DNA of 64,000 bases from an uncultured Candidatus Saccharibacteria bacterium (GTDB lineage: Bacteria; Patescibacteriota; Minisyncoccia; Phycocordibacterales; SBAW01), in the NCBI GenBank assembly GCA_964615415.1, contig CAZTNI010000001.1, forward strand, positions 25,290 to 89,289, read 5' to 3'. A model generated the notes under the pieces. The model was not told the origin of the DNA, searched no databases, and saw nothing but the letters and a program-made list of their open reading frames with translations. The number at the start of each line of letters is the position of its first letter. The first letter of the stretch is position 1. Of the stretch, positions 19,054 to 29,420 are shown one piece after another. Position numbers and translations under genes: made by a program.

Positions 19054-22000
19054 CTATCCCTTCAGGGTAATACCCTGCACCAGTGCTGCCGCTGCAGCGT
19101 CTCCGACTTCTACCTCAAGTGCTGCAAGGCCGGTTTCTTCCATAATCTCTGATTTATATTTCACCACCAAAGCCTCGCCTTCAAGATTCGTCTGCATACT
19201 GACTTGAGGGCGATCACCGATTGAAAGATTCGCCTGCTTGCGGAATTCTTGCACGGCCCGAATCGTGTCACGCAAAAGTCCCTCTTCTTTCAATTCTGGA
19301 GTTAGAGTCGTATCAAGCAAGACTTCTCCTTCCATAGACGCGTCTTGGGTAAGCGCCTTAACATTAAGCTCGTCTTTGAGTATCTCTTGCACTTGTAGAT
19401 TCGTCGGCAGAACTTTCACCGCCATAGACGCAAGAGGTTGACGCACTTTAATCCCCGCCTTGTCACGCGCCTGGAGACCAAGCGACGCGAGCTTGCGTGT
19501 TGTTTCCATTTGCTCAATAAGCAACGTGTCAACATTTCCTGCAGTAGGCCACGACGTAAGGTGCACACTTTCCGCATCGCCGCCAACATCTTTATACAAA
19601 CGCTCTGCAATGAACGGCATAAGAGGAGCACTAAGCTGTGCGAGTGTCAGAAGCACATAACGCTGTGTTGCAAGCGCATACTGTTTGTCTTCTGCATCCT
19701 TCCCCTTCACGCGGTCACGCGAGCGGCGTACATACCACGTAGAATAATCATCAATGAACGATCGCAGCGCGCGGCAAGCACCCGGGGTGTCGTACGCATC
19801 AAGCGCAGCAGTGATCGAAGAAGTGGTTTGATTAAGACGCGACAGTACCCAACGGTCGAGTACATGCGTACTGTTTGCTGCTTGTGTTGAGCCATCATAC
19901 TCCGCCTTGTAGAGCTCGAAAAACTTATAGCAATTCCAGAGCATCTGCACGACGCGATTATGTACCTCGCGCACTTCCTCGTCGCGGAAACTAAAGTCCT
20001 CTGCCTGCATCACCACACTGTTCATGAGGTAAAAGCGCATCGCATCCGCACCAAACATGTCCATCACCAAAAGCGGGTCGGTGTAGTTACCCTTCGACTT
20101 CGACATCTTCGAGCCGTCATTAGCAAGAATATTGCCCGTGGTCACAACGTTACGGAACGACAACTTATTAAACAGGAGTACGCCCATAGCGTGCATGTAG
20201 TAAAACCAGGTGCGCGTCTGTGCAATATACTCGGCAATAAAGTCTGCCGGGTATGCTTTCGGACGCAATCCAAAGAAGCGCTCCGGATTCACCACATCTT
20301 TTTTCATCGGGTAGTGCTCGGATGCAAACGGCATAGCGCCGGACTCCACCCAACAGTCGATGACTTCCGGAATGCGTTCATACTGTCTCCCCTTCTCGTC
20401 TACGAGCGTAATCGCGTCTATGTATGGTCGATGCAAGTCGAGATCGTACTGTTTTGTGTGTGGAAACGGCACAAAGTCGATCGGGCGGATTTCTCCATTA
20501 CGCAAAAACACTACGTCTCCAGCGCCTGCAATACACTCCGCAATAGTTTTACGCTCGACAATCGTGTTAAGAAGCCACGCCGGGCGCTCATGTGTCACGA
20601 TCAAAATATTTTTCCCCGCATAGCGACGCTCAATTTCAAAAATAAAGTCGCCGACACGCTCGCGGATCTGGGTATATGTCTCTGCGCCATCAGTCACGGT
20701 AGTAAATGGATCGCCATGGCTGTTAAACGACGCGCGCCACTCGATAACCGGCTTTCCGTTAAATATACCTACGTCGATTTCTCGCAGACGCTCATCAACC
20801 ATTACTGCCGAGTCCGACACACCAAGGACCTTTTGTGCGATCTTTGCTGTCTCGCGCGTACGTACCAGGGGCGACATGATAATGAGGTCGATTTTATTTT
20901 TTTGCGCAAATGTTTTTACTTGCGCTTCGACTCCTGCCTTCCCCTCTTCAGTCAGGTGGTTATTCGGGTCGCCCTTAGAGTCGAAAATCTGGTCGACATT
21001 GCTCTTCGCCTGACCATGACGCATCACAAAATATTTGTTGCCCGAGCGTTTTGTCTTTTTTGTCAGCTCGTCGATGCTACCCACCACCATAACCTTGTCA
21101 CCTTTCTTTTCCTTCCAAATAGGAAGTGGCGACGCCCAAAAACGATTGCGGGAAATGGTCCAGTCCGGCGCATTCTCCAGATTATTCTTAAAGCGGCCAT
21201 GCTTTAGGTGTTCAGGCACCCAGGTGATTTTTTCGTTTTCAGAAAGCATCTTTGCCTTCACCTTTTGGATATTGATGAACCAAGACCCGACCGCGTTGTA
21301 AATAAGTGGCGTGCCGCAGCGGTAGCAGTGTGGGTACGAGTGCGTATGCGGCTCTTTTTTATAGAGCAGCCCGCGCTTTTCTAGATCTTCTTTAATAAAT
21401 TTCTCTCCTTTTTTAAGATACTGACCACGCAGTGCTTCTGGAACAAGATCGTTATACGTCCCGTTTGCATTCAAAAGCTGCACCATCGGCAACTTTTCTT
21501 TCTGTCCGAGCGCAAAGTCGTCTTCACCGTACATTGGCGCAATGTGCACGATACCAGTACCGTCTGCAGTCGTTACAAAGTCTCCTGCAACTACGACGTA
21601 CTTTTTCCCTTTTACTCCTGCGATAGCAGGCACAGCAAAGAGAGGCTCGTATTCAACTCCAAGCAGTTCTGCACCCATGAGCGCCTTCACTACTTTTGAA
21701 CCTTCCGGCATGCGCTCTGCGGCCATGAGCAAATGCTCAACGCCTTCTTGTACCACTACGTACGAAATATCTTTTCCTACCGCAAGCGCTACATTACCCG
21801 GCAAGGTCCACGGCGTTGTCGTCCACGCAACGATAGATGTGTTTTGCGGCAGACCAGACTTCTCAGGATTTTTTATTTTAAATTTTACGTACGCGGTTTC
21901 TTCCGTAATATCTTTGTACGTGTTGTCCATCGCGATCTCCGCCTTTGCAAGCGGTGTTTCGCAGTGCGTACAGTACATCAAGACCTTGCGACCTTCGTAG

Positions 22001-22506
22001 AGCAGCTTCTTGCTATCCAAACGCTTAAGCGCCCACCAGACAGACTCGATGTACGAGTTGTCCATCGTCTTGTAGGAGTTTTTAAAGTCGACAAAGCGAC
22101 CAACACGGTCGACATACTTCTCCCAGTCGTCCACGTAGCGCAGCACCATCGAGCGTGCGGTTTCATTAAACACATCGATGCCGATATTGAGAATATCTTT
22201 CTTGCTCTTAAGCTCGAGCTTCTTCTCGACCATGCTTTCGATAGGTAGACCGTGCGTGTCCCAACCCCACCGGCGTGGAACATGGTAGCCGCGCATCGTT
22301 TTATAGCGCGGAATTACGTCTTTAATGACAGAAGAAAGGAGCGACCCCGAGTGCGGCAAGCCGGTCGCAAATGGTGGACCATCATAAAAAATAAACTCGC
22401 CCTTTGGAGACTTCTTTTGGAGCGACTTTTCAAAAATATGATTCTCTTTCCAGAAGGCAAGCACTTCCTCCTCGCGCTTGGCAACTTCCGACTTCCCGGT
22501 CGACAT
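19054..22506 (-). CDS. ileS: Isoleucine--tRNA ligase (type 2) with inserted histidine-phosphatase domain
   Basis: YDGPPFATGLPH, GWDTHGLP, WTTTPWTLP, GTGIVH, DWTISRNRFW, KMSKS; insert with RHG motif at ~20475-21040. Confidence 0.96.
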   Translation of the reverse strand: MSTGKSEVAKREEEVLAFWKENHIFEKSLQKKSPKGEFIFYDGPPFATGLPHSGSLLSSVIKDVIPRYKTMRGYHVPRRWGWDTHGLPIESMVEKKLELKSKKDILNIGIDVFNETARSMVLRYVDDWEKYVDRVGRFVDFKNSYKTMDNSYIESVWWALKRLDSKKLLYEGRKVLMYCTHCETPLAKAEIAMDNTYKDITEETAYVKFKIKNPEKSGLPQNTSIVAWTTTPWTLPGNVALAVGKDISYVVVQEGVEHLLMAAERMPEGSKVVKALMGAELLGVEYEPLFAVPAIAGVKGKKYVVVAGDFVTTADGTGIVHIAPMYGEDDFALGQKEKLPMVQLLNANGTYNDLVPEALRGQYLKKGEKFIKEDLEKRGLLYKKEPHTHSYPHCYRCGTPLIYNAVGSWFINIQKVKAKMLSENEKITWVPEHLKHGRFKNNLENAPDWTISRNRFWASPLPIWKEKKGDKVMVVGSIDELTKKTKRSGNKYFVMRHGQAKSNVDQIFDSKGDPNNHLTEEGKAGVEAQVKTFAQKNKIDLIIMSPLVRTRETAKIAQKVLGVSDSAVMVDERLREIDVGIFNGKPVIEWRASFNSHGDPFTTVTDGAETYTQIRERVGDFIFEIERRYAGKNILIVTHERPAWLLNTIVERKTIAECIAGAGDVVFLRNGEIRPIDFVPFPHTKQYDLDLHRPYIDAITLVDEKGRQYERIPEVIDCWVESGAMPFASEHYPMKKDVVNPERFFGLRPKAYPADFIAEYIAQTRTWFYYMHAMGVLLFNKLSFRNVVTTGNILANDGSKMSKSKGNYTDPLLVMDMFGADAMRFYLMNSVVMQAEDFSFRDEEVREVHNRVVQMLWNCYKFFELYKAEYDGSTQAANSTHVLDRWVLSRLNQTTSSITAALDAYDTPGACRALRSFIDDYSTWYVRRSRDRVKGKDAEDKQYALATQRYVLLTLAQLSAPLMPFIAERLYKDVGGDAESVHLTSWPTAGNVDTLLIEQMETTRKLASLGLQARDKAGIKVRQPLASMAVKVLPTNLQVQEILKDELNVKALTQDASMEGEVLLDTTLTPELKEEGLLRDTIRAVQEFRKQANLSIGDRPQVSMQTNLEGEALVVKYKSEIMEETGLAALEVEVGDAAAAALVQGITLKG

Positions 22507-22528
22507 AAAGCAAAATATAGCACTTTTG

Positions 22529-24214
22529 CTACATTTTTTCAGGTGCTGGAATACCTAATACATGGAGACCCTTCGCGAGCGTTTGCTCCACCGCTTCCGT
22601 AAGCAAGACACCATAGTGCGGATTACTGCCCCCTATTACTCGTTCGTTTGCATACCAACTGTTAAATGCTGCGGCGAGTTCGGTTATATACGTCGTTACA
22701 TAGTGTGGCTCAAGTTCTTTCGCAGCACGCTCAACTGCGTCTGGGAAATGCAGCAGCGTTTTTTCAAGCACCGAGGCAGTAAGAGGAGCATCACTTGTAT
22801 TCCCTACTATCCCCGCCTCCTTGGCAGCATTCATGAGAGAGAGTGCTCGCGTGTGTGCGTACTGTATATACGGACCAGAATCTCCTTCGAGCGAGAGCGA
22901 CTTTGCCGGATCGAAAATAATATCTTTGCCGCTCCCCTGCTTTAACACTTCGTACTTAATACCTCCCACGGCAACCTCTTCTGCAATCTTGTCAGCATCA
23001 GGAAGGTTTCGGTCGCGCATTTTTTCCTTCGCGTCTTCCGTAAGCTCAGCAATGAGCGACTCGCCGGTAATAACGTTCCCCTTGCGAGACGACATTTTCC
23101 CCGAGGCAAAACGCATCATGCCGTGCGTGACGTGTTTTGTTTTTGCAGCAATGTCTGCAATTGCGGGAATCTGCTTCGCGGCAGCAAGCACCACTTTAAA
23201 ATAATCTTTCTGCTCGCTTGCAGTTACTGTAATAGACTCATCCACGCTCACTGTCTCTTGTTTGAGCTGCAAAAGCCCGAGGTCTTTTGCCTCGTATGTT
23301 GGCAACCCCTGCGACGTTATGAAAACGCGCGTATGCTCGCCATGAAAAACAATCGCTCCTTCGCTTTCCTCAAACACATTTTTATTCTCGTTTACTAACT
23401 GAAGCGCGATCGGCGCTGTCTGACTTTCAAAAAAGTAATGGTCAAACTTTGTACCTAACACTTTGTACAACTCTTCAAAATGCTCGAGTGATTCCTTGCG
23501 GCCCTGGTCATAGAGCGCGCTCACCGTAGCGTCGCTCTTGTCGTACACTTTTTTATTTATCGCATCGATCTCCTCTTTATGTGCCTCGTACTCGTTGTTT
23601 CCATAGACATACGCCTCGCCCCAGCGGAGTTCTGGTTTTTGCATCCTGCCCCAGATTGCCTTCGCCACATGCTGCCCCACATCACCTTGGTAGTTAGCCC
23701 GAATTACTTGCGCACCACCGCGCTCGAGCAAGCGTGCAACACTTTCCCCTATTGTGTTGCTCATGAGATGACCAATATGAAACTCTTTAAAAGGGTTCGG
23801 GTCGGTAAATTCAACCATTATTTTCTTGCCGGCATAGACGCTATTCTTCCCCCACGGCTCTTTTGTTGCAGCCTCTACCTCGCTCGTTATCGCATCGCGC
23901 GAGAGAAAGAAGTTTATAAAACCTGCACCTGCAACTTCAATTTTTTCTATTGACGAAAGCGACGAACCGCCAAACAGCTTCACTAAAAGTCCTGCAGATT
24001 TAGTTTTAGAAAATTTCGTTTTCAAGATTTCACTCAACTGTTCCGCGACTTCACGCGGATTTTTCTTCAAAGACTTTGCTGCCGCAAGAGCGGCGTTTGT
24101 AGAATAGTCACCATGCGCCATGTCCCCGGGCCGCTCCACAACAAAAGACACATCCCCCGCTTGTAGGCTTTGGAGGGCTTCTTTTACTGCCGCTTCTATA
24201 GACTCTCGTATCAC
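22529..24214 (-). CDS. argS: Arginine--tRNA ligase
   Basis: HGDYSTN, DPNPFKEFHIGH, KMSSRKG, GDSGPYIQYAH, C-terminal PEKM; likely GTG start at 24214. Confidence 0.96.
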   Translation of the reverse strand: MIRESIEAAVKEALQSLQAGDVSFVVERPGDMAHGDYSTNAALAAAKSLKKNPREVAEQLSEILKTKFSKTKSAGLLVKLFGGSSLSSIEKIEVAGAGFINFFLSRDAITSEVEAATKEPWGKNSVYAGKKIMVEFTDPNPFKEFHIGHLMSNTIGESVARLLERGGAQVIRANYQGDVGQHVAKAIWGRMQKPELRWGEAYVYGNNEYEAHKEEIDAINKKVYDKSDATVSALYDQGRKESLEHFEELYKVLGTKFDHYFFESQTAPIALQLVNENKNVFEESEGAIVFHGEHTRVFITSQGLPTYEAKDLGLLQLKQETVSVDESITVTASEQKDYFKVVLAAAKQIPAIADIAAKTKHVTHGMMRFASGKMSSRKGNVITGESLIAELTEDAKEKMRDRNLPDADKIAEEVAVGGIKYEVLKQGSGKDIIFDPAKSLSLEGDSGPYIQYAHTRALSLMNAAKEAGIVGNTSDAPLTASVLEKTLLHFPDAVERAAKELEPHYVTTYITELAAAFNSWYANERVIGGSNPHYGVLLTEAVEQTLAKGLHVLGIPAPEKM

Positions 24215-24244
24215 GTATATAACACTAGCATTTGTAGGCTGTAT

Positions 24245-24282
24245 AAAAAAGAAAGAGCCGGTTCCATTTCTGGAACCGGCTC
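24245..24282 (-). terminator. Intrinsic terminator
   Basis: 12-bp stem GAGCCGGTTCCA/TGGAACCGGCTC plus T-tract on the minus strand. Confidence 0.8.
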
Positions 24283-24311
24283 GAATCGAACTCGGGTGTA
24301 CTTGCTCGGTG

Positions 24312-25358
24312 TTAGCCGAGCGGCAAGAAGGTGCCGACGGTGTCGACACGGTCCGAGAAGACCTTGTACACCTGCACCTGGCCGTTCTGCTCGACTCGGT
24401 CGAGAGCCACGAACGTCCCACCGTTGAGGCCGGCCTTCCGGGCCTCCTGCACGGTCTCCATGCTGGGGTAGATCTGCACGTCGTGCACATCATCCCCGAT
24501 CTCCATGAGAACCGTACGAAGCGGCTTCGGCGCGGACGCCGAGACCATGCCGCGAAGAACGGGCTGCGGCGTAACGACCGCCTTCCCGACCTTCTTGGCA
24601 CCCTGGCCGCGAGGCTTCTCGATCTTGAACGCTTCGAGGAGCTTGCCGACCGTCTTGGTTTCCTCGTCGAAGGACTCGACGAGGATGACGGTCGTTCCGT
24701 GCGGCAACACCATCCACTCGGACGTGGTGACGGGAATGCCCCGCCGCCGCGCACCCTGCGCGTCGAAGCCGAAGATCACGTCGCGCGCGAGAAGCCGGTC
24801 GATCTTCGCCTGCTTCTGCGCCTGACGAGCAGCAACTTCCGCCGCACGCTGTGCATCCTCGGCAGCATTGCGCTGCCGGGCCGCCTCACGCGCAGCAGCC
24901 TCGTCCTTGGAGAAGACGAGCCTCTCCTTGTCGTTGAGGACAAAGCCCCGGCCGAGATACTCGGCAGCAGCCTCCTTGAGCAGGATCCGCTTCCGGATCC
25001 CCGAAGGCTCGTTGTTGACGAACGACGCAAGCGTGCGAACCTTTTCGATCCGCCCTTCACGACCCTTGCCAACGAGGGCGATGACCGGAGTGTCTCCCGC
25101 CATCGCCAGGATGCCGACACCGTCGAAGTCTTCCATGCCGGCGACGGCCTGGAAGGACCAGACCAGCTCGTCATCGATCGAGATCTTCGCGAGCACGAAG
25201 TTGAAGTGCTCCGGCAGATCCTTCTTGCGAAGAAGCTCGAGTTCGAGGGTCTTCCCCTCGACTTCGATCGTGCCGATCTCGACGTAGTGAGTCGAAGTGT
25301 CCTTGTTCTCGATGGTCACGAAACCAGGGAAGGAAATGCGGGAAACAATAGCGGTCAT
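24312..25358 (-). CDS. Hypothetical protein, GC-rich (stand-alone cassette)
   Basis: 348-aa ORF with AGGAGG SD, G/C-ending codons unlike its neighbours and a central coiled-coil; family not recognised. Confidence 0.8.
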   Translation of the reverse strand: MTAIVSRISFPGFVTIENKDTSTHYVEIGTIEVEGKTLELELLRKKDLPEHFNFVLAKISIDDELVWSFQAVAGMEDFDGVGILAMAGDTPVIALVGKGREGRIEKVRTLASFVNNEPSGIRKRILLKEAAAEYLGRGFVLNDKERLVFSKDEAAAREAARQRNAAEDAQRAAEVAARQAQKQAKIDRLLARDVIFGFDAQGARRRGIPVTTSEWMVLPHGTTVILVESFDEETKTVGKLLEAFKIEKPRGQGAKKVGKAVVTPQPVLRGMVSASAPKPLRTVLMEIGDDVHDVQIYPSMETVQEARKAGLNGGTFVALDRVEQNGQVQVYKVFSDRVDTVGTFLPLG

Positions 25359-25433
25359 TGGTGTCCTCCTGGGACAGTGAGTGAATTTTCAAGATACCCC
25401 TACAGCTTGTAGAGGCAGGTTCTACCATTTACT

Positions 25434-25462
25434 ATTGTATCACCTTTCGGCCAAAAAGTCAA
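25434..25462 (-). promoter_or_regulatory. Sigma-70 promoter TTGACT-N17-TACAAT
   Basis: Near-consensus elements upstream of the 24312-25358 gene. Confidence 0.7.
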
Positions 25463-25481
25463 GGTCTATTAGGGGCCTTAT

Positions 25482-26603
25482 TTAAAGGGTTTTTATGAGG
25501 AGGTTATCGGGCGACTTGCTCCCATCGACTGTAAATGTGTTGCGGCCGATAAGGGCGCCGTTTTCAGTTTCCACGTTACAGCGCCACTTTCCCTCTCCTA
25601 CAAGTAGGCTGCTGTAGCCGCGAAAGCCGCCTTGCCTGCCGCCACTAATTTCAAATGAGGTGCGGAACACGTCCTTCCACTTCCCTGCTTCCGCATCATA
25701 CTTTTCCCATCGATGATAAATCGGTGCCATGAGTCCTGTCGGTGCAAAGACAGACGAATAACACGTCGCTTTGTCAGTCGCATCAGTGATGTGATACGTC
25801 GAACTCGTACTGCGCCAAAATACAAACCACGATGCTGGTTCGTACACCGCCCGGTAAATTGCATCATCAATAGGTGCAGGGAGCCGCTCGAGCGTGTGAT
25901 ATACCCCGATCTCTTTTAAGGAAAGTGGCACCGGCGGAATGATCCGCATAAAATAGAGACTCGTAAACAACACAAACACAAACCCGACCAAGAACGAAAC
26001 TTCGTAGAGTTGATGTGCGCGCTCCCTGCCGCGCAACACAAGCCAATACACGAGCCCAAGGAACCCTGCGATAATAACCAGGCTAATTACTCCAGTCGCA
26101 AGAAAAACGAGCGTGCCTACGGAATGGAATACAAATGTTGGCAGCGCGATAATAAGATACGTAAACAACAAGGTGTAGTAGACCGCGATGTTAAATCGCA
26201 ACTGTGCGTAGCGCGTTTTTAGAAACTCATTACCTATCAGCATGGCGCCGAGCATGCACAGAAAGAGCGCCGAACTCGCAAAGGTCCCACTCCTGCCGTA
26301 GAGCACAAGCATGTTACTTGCCAGACCTCCGAAGCAAAACTGGAGAATGAATATCAGAAAGAGCGGCTGGTACTCGGGGTGCGTTTCCTCGCGCCTAATC
26401 GTACGTAAGTTAAGAAAGATGATGAGTGCACCCGCAATGCCCAAGTACGACAGCAAAATAAGATTGTTGGTAGGACTATCCGGTCGATCAGCAATAAACA
26501 AATCGAAAATAAAGCCGGTTAAAATACCGACGATCATGATCCGCCGCTCGTAGCGGCGCCACAGTTCAACAGACTTCGACACACGCGATCGAAACCACTC
26601 CAT
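25482..26603 (-). CDS. Multi-TM membrane protein with C-terminal DUF2914-like domain
   Basis: IPPVPLSLK, CYSSVFAP, IYHRW, GGRQGGFRGYS, GKWRCNVET. Confidence 0.8.
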   Translation of the reverse strand: MEWFRSRVSKSVELWRRYERRIMIVGILTGFIFDLFIADRPDSPTNNLILLSYLGIAGALIIFLNLRTIRREETHPEYQPLFLIFILQFCFGGLASNMLVLYGRSGTFASSALFLCMLGAMLIGNEFLKTRYAQLRFNIAVYYTLLFTYLIIALPTFVFHSVGTLVFLATGVISLVIIAGFLGLVYWLVLRGRERAHQLYEVSFLVGFVFVLFTSLYFMRIIPPVPLSLKEIGVYHTLERLPAPIDDAIYRAVYEPASWFVFWRSTSSTYHITDATDKATCYSSVFAPTGLMAPIYHRWEKYDAEAGKWKDVFRTSFEISGGRQGGFRGYSSLLVGEGKWRCNVETENGALIGRNTFTVDGSKSPDNLLIKTL

Positions 26604-26623
26604 GCTTCTATTTTACTCCCTCG

Positions 26624-27892
26624 CTAGACAAACGACTCGGGTATAGGAAAACGTGTGCAGAGCGCCTTAATTTCGGTTTTGATACTTTCAAGCTTCACTA
26701 GGTCAGTTTTATTTTTGAGCGCCTCGAGCATCAGCTCTGCAATACGGGCACTTTCTGCTTCTTTAAAGCCACGCGTGGTAATTGCGGGCGTACCGAAGCG
26801 AATACCAGAGGGGTCCATCGGTCCGCGCGTATCGTCTGCGATAGTGTTTTTATTAAGCGTCATACCTACCGTATCGAGGAGCGCCTCTGCTTCCTTACCA
26901 GGAATACCGAGTGAACCGAAGACATCCGCGAGTATGAGATGGTTCGATGTGCCACCGCCAAGCATGCGAATGTTGTGTGTGCGGAATACTTCTTCCATCG
27001 CCTTTGCGTTTTTAAGCACCTGTGCTGCGTAGGTTTTAAATGATGGATGGAGCGCCTCACCAAACGCGACTGCTTTTGCAGCAATAACATGCATAAGCGG
27101 ACCGCCCTGGAGTCCTGGGAAGACTGCCTTGTCTACTTTTTTTGCAATCTCTTCGCTGTCGCGAGTTAGGATGATGCCGCCGCGCGGGCCGCGTAGTGTT
27201 TTGTGCGTCGTCGAGGTCATGACATCAAACCCATAGTCGAACGGATTCTTAACAACACCCGCCGCAATAAGTCCTGCAATGTGTGCAATGTCGATAACTG
27301 CATACGCCCCCACTTCCCGAGCAATAGACACAAACTTTTCGTAATCGAGTTCGCGAGAGTATGCAGAAAATCCTGCAAGGACAATTTTTGGCTTTGCCTC
27401 GATCGCAACACGGCGCATGTCGTCGTAGTCGATTTCGCCCGTGTCAGGGTTCTTCATCTTGTAACGCACAAAGTTGAAGAACTTTGTGATGTAGGTAACC
27501 GGATGGCCGTGCGTTAAGTGGCCACCGTGTGAGAGGTCCATACCAAGCACGGTATCCCCTGGCTGCAGGAGTGCCATATACATTGCGATGTTTGCGTTAG
27601 CGCCTGAGTGTGGCTGCACATTCGCAAACTTTGCACCAAAGAGTTTTTTTGCACGCTCAATAGCAAGTGTCTCTACAACGTCAGTAAACTGCTGCCCGCC
27701 GTAGTAGCGCTTGCCTGGGTAGCCTTCGGAATACTTGTTCGTAAAAATCGAGCCCTGCGCCTCACGCACCGCTTTTGAAACGTAATTTTCAGACGGAATA
27801 AGCTCTAAGCCTTCGCGTTCACGCTGCTCTTCGCCCTCAAGGGCTGCAAATACTTCTGTATCTTGTTTTTGAATAGATTCGTATAGGTTCAT
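26624..27892 (-). CDS. glyA: Serine hydroxymethyltransferase
   Basis: LIPSEN, NKYSEGYPGKRYYGG, GGHLTHG, STTHKTLRGPRGG. Confidence 0.99.
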   Translation of the reverse strand: MNLYESIQKQDTEVFAALEGEEQREREGLELIPSENYVSKAVREAQGSIFTNKYSEGYPGKRYYGGQQFTDVVETLAIERAKKLFGAKFANVQPHSGANANIAMYMALLQPGDTVLGMDLSHGGHLTHGHPVTYITKFFNFVRYKMKNPDTGEIDYDDMRRVAIEAKPKIVLAGFSAYSRELDYEKFVSIAREVGAYAVIDIAHIAGLIAAGVVKNPFDYGFDVMTSTTHKTLRGPRGGIILTRDSEEIAKKVDKAVFPGLQGGPLMHVIAAKAVAFGEALHPSFKTYAAQVLKNAKAMEEVFRTHNIRMLGGGTSNHLILADVFGSLGIPGKEAEALLDTVGMTLNKNTIADDTRGPMDPSGIRFGTPAITTRGFKEAESARIAELMLEALKNKTDLVKLESIKTEIKALCTRFPIPESFV

Positions 27893-27951
27893 GGTAAAAG
27901 CCGTTAGTAGAATAATGCTCCCGTTTGTTGAATCCCTACACCATGACCCTA

Positions 27952-28593
27952 CTATACCATTTTTAAAAGTCGTACTTCTTCTATTGTTTTGAGTACCTTC
28001 TCCAGCACCACCTCCTTTGGTTCGCCCGCGTCTATGACTCGGTGCGGCGCCACATGCGTAAATTCTTTAAAACCGTCGCGAACGCGGTTGTGGAAGTCGA
28101 GCTCGCGCTCGTCGAAGTGCGTCTGCTTCCCTACCCGGCGCTTTGCACGCGCGAGCGCAATAGAGGGCGCAACATCGAGGATTATGTAGCGGTCTGGAAT
28201 AAATCCTTGCAAATAATGCGCGCGCATCGCCCAAAACAGGTCAATCAGCTGACGCTGCTCCTGAGCACAAATCTGGTACGCCCAGGTTGAAGAATCGAAG
28301 CGATCTGAAATAACCACCATCCCCTGCTTGAGTGCTGGGATCACTGTTTGGTTTAAGTGGTCGCGCCGTGCTGCCCAAAAGAGGCCGAACATAGTCTCTG
28401 CATCCGCATGTTTTGCATCGTCCGAAAGGATAAGTTCGCGGATCTTTTCGGCATATGGCGAGCCGCCCGGTTCCCTGGTCCAAAGGGCAGGAATACGCAG
28501 CTGCTCTAAGGCGGCAACAGCATCCTTCGACATAGTAGTAGTGCCCGTTCCCTCTCCGCCGTCGATCACAATGAATGTTCCAGAAGTAGTCAT
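27952..28593 (-). CDS. tmk: Thymidylate kinase
   Basis: FIVIDGGEGTGTTT, TREPGG, ISDRFDSSTWAYQ. Confidence 0.94.
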   Translation of the reverse strand: MTTSGTFIVIDGGEGTGTTTMSKDAVAALEQLRIPALWTREPGGSPYAEKIRELILSDDAKHADAETMFGLFWAARRDHLNQTVIPALKQGMVVISDRFDSSTWAYQICAQEQRQLIDLFWAMRAHYLQGFIPDRYIILDVAPSIALARAKRRVGKQTHFDERELDFHNRVRDGFKEFTHVAPHRVIDAGEPKEVVLEKVLKTIEEVRLLKMV

Positions 28594-28689
28594 AGCAGTA
28601 ATTACCGTGTGTTCGCGGCAACTATACCTTGCGATATAAAAATGTACAGATCTTGCAGAGCGTCCTGGGGTGGTATACTTCTTTGCGAT

Positions 28690-29364
28690 ATGGCGCTGTC
28701 TGACCGAAAGATTCTGGAAGCAATGGAGGAAGGTTCTGTAGTTATTGAACCTTTTAAGCGCGAAAACCTGGCAACTTCAAGCTACGACGTTACCTTGGGC
28801 GAATACTTTTTTGCTGAACAGCCGCCGAAACATTTTGAAAACCTCTACAATATTTACGACAAAAAACACGTAGAGCGTGTCTGGGGCACCGAGCCACACA
28901 AGGCAAAAACTGCAAAAGAAGTACTTAAGGATTATAAATTTGATTTCACAGGCATTTCTCCTGACGACAAAATTATTTTGCTTGCACCGGGCGAAACTAT
29001 TTTAGGTCACACGAACGAGTTTATTGGCGGCCGGGAGCATATTACCACCATGATGAAGGCGCGCTCCAGCTTGGGCCGCAGCTTTATAGAGGTCTGTAAA
29101 TGCGCAGGTTGGGGGGACGTCGGCTACATCAACCGCTGGACTATGGAAATTACCAACAACTCTTCCCACTACTACATTCCGCTTGTGGTTGGTCGTCGCA
29201 TTGCCCAAATTATTTTCTACGAAACAGGTCCTATTTTGGAAAACGACTACGCAAAGAGTGGTAAATATCAAACTACTGGCTCGGTTGCACAGCTCAAAAA
29301 ACAGTGGAAGCCGGAGAGCATGCTCCCTCGCCTCTATTTGGATCGTGATATAAAAAAGAAATAA
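28690..29364 (+). CDS. dcd: dCTP deaminase
   Basis: LSDRKI, SYDVTLG, ARSSLGR, GWGDVGY, MEITN, RIAQIIF. Confidence 0.9.
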   Translation: MALSDRKILEAMEEGSVVIEPFKRENLATSSYDVTLGEYFFAEQPPKHFENLYNIYDKKHVERVWGTEPHKAKTAKEVLKDYKFDFTGISPDDKIILLAPGETILGHTNEFIGGREHITTMMKARSSLGRSFIEVCKCAGWGDVGYINRWTMEITNNSSHYYIPLVVGRRIAQIIFYETGPILENDYAKSGKYQTTGSVAQLKKQWKPESMLPRLYLDRDIKKK

Positions 29365-29420
29365 TTCACTATGATCTAACGCGCTACGTACATATTTACT
29401 CGATTGACTGAAATACCTCT

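Noticed and set aside
24215-24754. 180-aa N-terminal extension of ArgRS in the ORF track
   Set aside because: It runs through a terminator and overlaps the neighbouring cassette gene in another frame; ArgRS homology begins near 24214.
24120-25412. 430-aa plus-strand ORF (and 41878-42714, 19960-21207)
   Set aside because: Antisense open frames expected from GC-rich or biased coding on the opposite strand; the SD, promoter and terminator all support the minus-strand genes.
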